DNA of 9,342 nucleotides from positions 1 through 9,342 of the forward strand of contig JAQVDW010000037.1 in assembly GCA_028698185.1 (NCBI GenBank), read 5' to 3'. The DNA is from Erysipelotrichaceae bacterium (lineage in GTDB: Bacteria; Bacillota_I; Bacilli_A; Erysipelotrichales; Coprobacillaceae). This document shows, in pieces, positions 6,648 through 9,342 of this stretch (positions are counted from its first letter, which is position 1; each line of letters begins with the position of its first letter). The notes beneath the pieces were generated by a model. It had not been told where the DNA came from. It saw only the letters and a program-made list of their open reading frames with translations, and searched no databases. Position numbers and translations under genes: made by a program.

Positions 6648-6675
6648 TTGCAAGTTTGTATGAAACATTTAAAAT
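6648..6675 (+). promoter_or_regulatory. Candidate promoter of the HD-domain gene, placed so that the transcript would be leaderless or nearly so
   Basis: TTGCAA (6648-6653), a 16-nt spacer, TAAAAT (6670-6675). The ATG at 6682 begins 7 nt after the -10 hexamer. No Shine-Dalgarno-like sequence precedes that ATG. An alternative is TTGACA (6608-6613), 17 nt, AAAAAT (6631-6636). Confidence 0.4.
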
Positions 6676-6681
6676 GAAATT

Positions 6682-7122
6682 ATGATAAAACTAATAGATG
6701 AAATAATAATCGAACTCAGTGACACAGGCAACTACCGGATGCTTGAAACGTTCATCGCCCACGGGACCAAAACCGTGGCCGACCATTGCCGCGACGTCGC
6801 CATCATGAGTGTTACGATAACCGAAAAACTGAATATGACTATCGACCACCGCCGTCTGATCATCGCCGCCTTGTTGCATGATTATTACCTGTATGACTGG
6901 CACGTCAAGGACGAGAACCACAACCTCCACGGTTTTTTCCACGGAAAAAAAGCAAGCGACAATGCTTTGCGCGACTATAAGGTCGACCGGGAAATCCAAA
7001 ACGCCATCAAACGTCACATGTTCCCATTGACCCCGATTCCACCGACTACGAAAATCGGAATCGTCGTAACCCTCGCCGACAAAATCTGCGCCACCAAGGA
7101 AACTTTACGGATCTCCAAATAG
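6682..7122 (+). CDS. HD-domain metal-dependent phosphohydrolase (small, single domain)
   Basis: 146 aa. H...HD signature: HGTKTVADHCRDVA then AALLHDYYLYDWH. There are further His residues (HGFFHG, KRHMFPLT) and a distal ADK. This matches small HD-superfamily proteins. The substrate is unknown. Confidence 0.8.
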   Translation: MIKLIDEIIIELSDTGNYRMLETFIAHGTKTVADHCRDVAIMSVTITEKLNMTIDHRRLIIAALLHDYYLYDWHVKDENHNLHGFFHGKKASDNALRDYKVDREIQNAIKRHMFPLTPIPPTTKIGIVVTLADKICATKETLRISK

Positions 7123-7271
7123 ATTTTCATTTTTTGAAAAATTTCGATATATTCGGGGATTTGTGGTTTAATTTGCGGGCAAGTACATCTTCGCGCCAGG
7201 TCGGGCGGTTTTGTTTTAATTTTCATCGCCGCTTTCGATATTGACTGAATTATACATTAAAGGAGATTTAT

Positions 7272-7526
7272 ATGATCGGAACCATTGCCGCAGTGCTGAC
7301 AACTTTATCATTTGTCCCTCAAGCAATTCAAGTAATCAAGACAAAAGACACCAGCGGGATTTCACTGGGAATGTACGTGATGTTTGTAACCGGAGTATTC
7401 CTATGGTTCGTCCATGGGATCAATATCGGAGACTTTCCGGTAATCGGAGCCAACGCCATCACCTTCATCTTCGCAAGCATCATCTTGTTCTACAAAGTCA
7501 AATACACATTTTTCGTAAAAAAATAG
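7272..7526 (+). CDS. SemiSWEET (PQ-loop / MtN3-type half-transporter), 3 TM helices
   Basis: 84 aa. AAGGAG lies 7 nt upstream of the ATG. It has three hydrophobic helices and the diagnostic PQ motif in TM1 (TTLSFVPQAIQVIKTK). Length and motif spacing match bacterial SemiSWEETs. Confidence 0.88.
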   Translation: MIGTIAAVLTTLSFVPQAIQVIKTKDTSGISLGMYVMFVTGVFLWFVHGINIGDFPVIGANAITFIFASIILFYKVKYTFFVKK

Positions 7527-7596
7527 GCACCCGGATAAACGTTAGTAGTCATAAACACATCTAGCGAATCCTGGGTCGAGCAAACTGGATATGTTA

Positions 7597-7641
7597 AAAC
7601 AGCACTGCAAAGGTAAACCATTGCAGTGCTGTTTGTATTTT
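7597..7641 (+). terminator. Strong rho-independent terminator downstream of the SemiSWEET gene
   Basis: Perfect 14-bp stem: AAACAGCACTGCAA (7597-7610) with TTGCAGTGCTGTTT (7621-7634), and a 10-nt loop. It is followed by GTATTTT. Confidence 0.82.
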
Positions 7642-7671
7642 CCTGATAATGCATGGCTTTTTGAAAACATA

Positions 7672-7700
7672 TTGACAACAAACGTAGATTTAGATATATT
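7672..7700 (+). promoter_or_regulatory. Promoter of the marR-MATE operon
   Basis: Consensus -35 TTGACA (7672-7677), an exact 17-nt spacer, -10 TATATT (7695-7700). It lies about 47 nt upstream of the MarR start, which has a GGGAGGAG Shine-Dalgarno site. Confidence 0.65.
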
Positions 7701-7722
7701 AGTTCAATATTGAACCAATATA
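7695..7722. promoter_or_regulatory. 28-bp near-perfect palindrome; candidate MarR operator over the -10 and transcription start
   Basis: TATATTAGTTCAAT|ATTGAACCAATATA. The core GTTCAATATTGAAC (7702-7715) is a perfect 14-bp palindrome. The outer arms match at 6 of 7 positions per side, with the single mismatched pair at A7701/C7716. The left arm is the -10 hexamer itself. Confidence 0.6.
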
Positions 7723-7747
7723 AAGTAACTATTTTGGGAGGAGTTCT

Positions 7748-8179
7748 ATGATTTTTTTTGAAAATTTTCTTGTTAGTTTTTCTAAAATGGATAAAGTTTT
7801 TCTAAGACGTTGTCATGAAGCCGTCAGCGATTATGGGCTTACAAAAAATGAAGTAATGTGCCTGCTTTTCTTGCAGAACAATGCCCCATATGACAGTCCG
7901 AAAGACATTGCTGAATTCCGTAGGATTTCGAAAAGTCTGGTCGCAAAGAGCGTTGACTCGTTGGTAAGTGCCGGTTACCTGACAACCAAAAAAGAGGAAA
8001 ACGACAGACGCGTGTTACACCTGCATACAACGCCTGCCTGCGAACCCATTCTTGCCAAATTGGCAAAATCACGTGATGAATTTCGCAATGCGTTGCTGGA
8101 GGGCGTCAGTCCGGAAGAACAAGCTCAATTAGACATCATAAGGAAAAAGATGTCCAACAACTTGGGGAGGATGATTTAA
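7748..8179 (+). CDS. MarR-family transcriptional regulator
   Basis: 143 aa, a typical MarR size. Winged-HTH region: LTKNEVMCLLFLQNN...DIAEFRRISKSLVAKSVDSLVSAGYLTTKKEENDRRVLHLHTT. The stop TAA overlaps the next ATG (TAATG at 8177-8181). Confidence 0.88.
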   Translation: MIFFENFLVSFSKMDKVFLRRCHEAVSDYGLTKNEVMCLLFLQNNAPYDSPKDIAEFRRISKSLVAKSVDSLVSAGYLTTKKEENDRRVLHLHTTPACEPILAKLAKSRDEFRNALLEGVSPEEQAQLDIIRKKMSNNLGRMI

Positions 8180-9342
8180 TGAACAGAAAAACCACAGACC
8201 TTGGTTCCCAAAGCGTTGGGAAACTACTTTTTAGTCTCTCGGTACCTGCTATTGCCGCACAAATCATTAACGTACTCTATAACATGGTCGATCGTGCCTA
8301 CATAGGACACATCCCTGAAATTGGCGCGAACGCGCTTACCGGTGTCGGTGTTACAATGCCCGTGCTTATGGCAGTCTACGCTTTCGCAGCATTGGTTGGC
8401 ATGGGGAGTGCTCCCCGTGCAGGTATTATGATGGGTTGCAAAGATGATGAAACAGCCAAAAAAATTCTTGGCAACTCTCTGTTTTCACTTATTGTCATTG
8501 CGTTAACCTTGACCGCAGTAATTCTTTTGTTTGCACGCCCAATTCTAATGGTATTCGGAGCAAGCGAAAACACAATCGGCTATGCTCGTGACTATATCAC
8601 AACTTATGCAATTGGTACCGTCTTTGTTCAAATCACCCTTGGTATGAACCCCTTTATCGCCACTCAGGGTTTTGCGAAGACCAGTATGCTTACTGTGACT
8701 ATCGGTGCTATCACCAATATCATTCTCGACCCAATCCTAATCTTCGGATTAAATATGGGCGTCAAGGGTGCTGCCCTGGCGACGATACTCTCTCAATGCA
8801 TTTCTTGTGTTTGGGTTTTGTACTTCCTGTCTTCAAAAAAAATCCATACTCAGAATCAAAAAAGAAGACATCCGCTTCGACAAGCACATTATGCTCCCTT
8901 GTCTGGCTCTTGGTATTTCACCATTTATCATACAGTTTACCGAAGCGGTTATTGCTGTTTGCTTTAACTTCAGCTTGCTAAAATATGGTGGTGATATTGC
9001 CGTCGGGGCCATGACTATCTTGACTAGCATAATGCAATTTTCAATATTACCGTTACAAGGACTTACCCAAGGTGCACAGCCTATCATGTCCTACAACTAT
9101 GGAGCCGGAAACATGGAACGTGTTAAAAAAACATTCCGCCTCCTACTTATTAGCTGCGTGATTTTTTCTACTACTGTGTGGGCTATCTGCATGTTTGCAC
9201 CGCTCATCTTGATAAGAATCTTTGCAAACACACAGGAACTGATTGTCTTCACAGAATGGGCACTTCGCATTTATATGGCAACTTCATGTATGTTTGGTAT
9301 TCAAATTGCCTGCCAGCAGTCCTTTATTGCAATGGGCAACGC
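8179..9342 (+). pseudogene. MATE-family multidrug/toxin efflux transporter, interrupted by a +1 frameshift in an A8 run; 3' end lies beyond the window
   Basis: Frame 1 (8179 onward) reads as MATE: LLFSLSVPAIAAQIINVLYNMVDRAYIGH..., up to ...VLYFLSSKK. It then turns to nonsense and stops at 8967. From 8843, frame 2 reads SILRIKKEDIRFDKHIMLPCLALGISPFIIQFTEAVIAVCFNFSLLKYGGDIAVGAMTILTSIMQF...GAQPIMSYNYGAGN...QQSFIAMGN. That is the expected MATE continuation and it stays open to 9342. The junction is the A8 run at 8835-8842, and seven A residues would restore one frame. Confidence 0.85.

Noticed and set aside
6135-7183. Exact 13-mer ATTTGCGGGCAAG present twice (6135-6147 and 7171-7183)
   Set aside because: One exact 13-mer repeat is about what chance predicts in a 9.3-kb window when both strands are considered. 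One copy is coding and the other intergenic, and the flanks do not extend the match.
7014-7226. 70-aa minus-strand ORF overlapping the 3' end of the HD gene
   Set aside because: It overlaps the HD gene by about 109 nt. It has no convincing Shine-Dalgarno site and no recognisable domain or TM segment.
7123-7271. Terminator or promoter between the HD and SemiSWEET genes
   Set aside because: I found only a 4-bp CGCC/GGCG stem before GTTTTGTTTT and an AT-only hairpin near 7123-7142. No -35/-10 pair has proper spacing. The evidence is insufficient either way.
7241-7681. ORF 7241-7564(+) overlapping the SemiSWEET gene in another frame, and ORF 7490-7681(-) running through the terminator and the marR promoter
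   Set aside because: The SemiSWEET frame has a strong Shine-Dalgarno site and a family signature. The other two ORFs lack both, and one would have to be read through a 14-bp hairpin.
8796-9087. ORFs 8796-8981(+) and 8833-9087(-) within the MATE region
   Set aside because: The MATE reading frames (frame 1, then frame 2) account for this sequence. These ORFs are frame shadows.
7530-9342. Possible lower GC in the marR-MATE end of the window, which would suggest horizontal acquisition
   Set aside because: My hand counts of G+C per 60-nt line were 32, 31, 30, 30 and 28 for five lines left of 7000. For six lines right of 7800 they were 24, 23, 26, 26, 29 and 30. The difference is small and the sample tiny, and there are no flanking mobility genes or repeats. 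It needs a proper sliding-window and codon-usage calculation.
1-9342. Mobile elements, CRISPR arrays, tRNA/rRNA genes, toxin-antitoxin or defence-system genes
   Set aside because: I saw no spaced direct repeats, no terminal inverted repeats, no transposase- or integrase-like ORFs, and no cloverleaf-like or rRNA-like segments. All sizeable ORFs are accounted for by ordinary transport and regulatory families.

Overview
Densely coding, chromosomal-looking 9.3-kb window. It looks most like a Gram-positive-type (Bacillota-like) genome: AGGAGG-type Shine-Dalgarno sites, a lipobox lipoprotein, and roughly 45-50% GC by eye. I saw no rRNA, tRNA, CRISPR array, IS element or phage genes. Gene order is as follows. 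(1) Plus strand: a substrate-binding lipoprotein and a NitT/TauT-type ABC permease, with no ATPase gene next to them. They end at a bidirectional hairpin shared with convergent feoB. (2) Minus strand, read in transcription order from 6573 down to 1915: two tandem small TM+SHOCT membrane proteins, an OmpR-family response regulator, and a short-loop histidine kinase. These are followed by a weak terminator, then a near-consensus extended -10 promoter and feoA-feoB (ferrous iron uptake). The first SHOCT protein is 56 aa and is absent from the supplied ORF track. (3) Plus strand: a small HD-domain phosphohydrolase that may be leaderless, an 84-aa SemiSWEET (PQ-loop) transporter, and a strong terminator. 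(4) Plus strand: a MarR-family regulator with a 28-bp near-perfect palindrome over its own promoter. It is translationally coupled (TAATG) to a MATE efflux gene that is broken by a +1 frameshift in an A8 run and runs off the right edge. Nothing here is a clear-cut novel system. The best candidate for undescribed biology is the SHOCT-SHOCT-RR-HK cassette directly upstream of feoAB, which may be a metal-sensing module. The evidence is a shared His/Met motif in the predicted extracytoplasmic segments and a 10-bp-phased direct repeat just upstream of the feoA -35. All family assignments come from reading motifs by eye, not from database searches.
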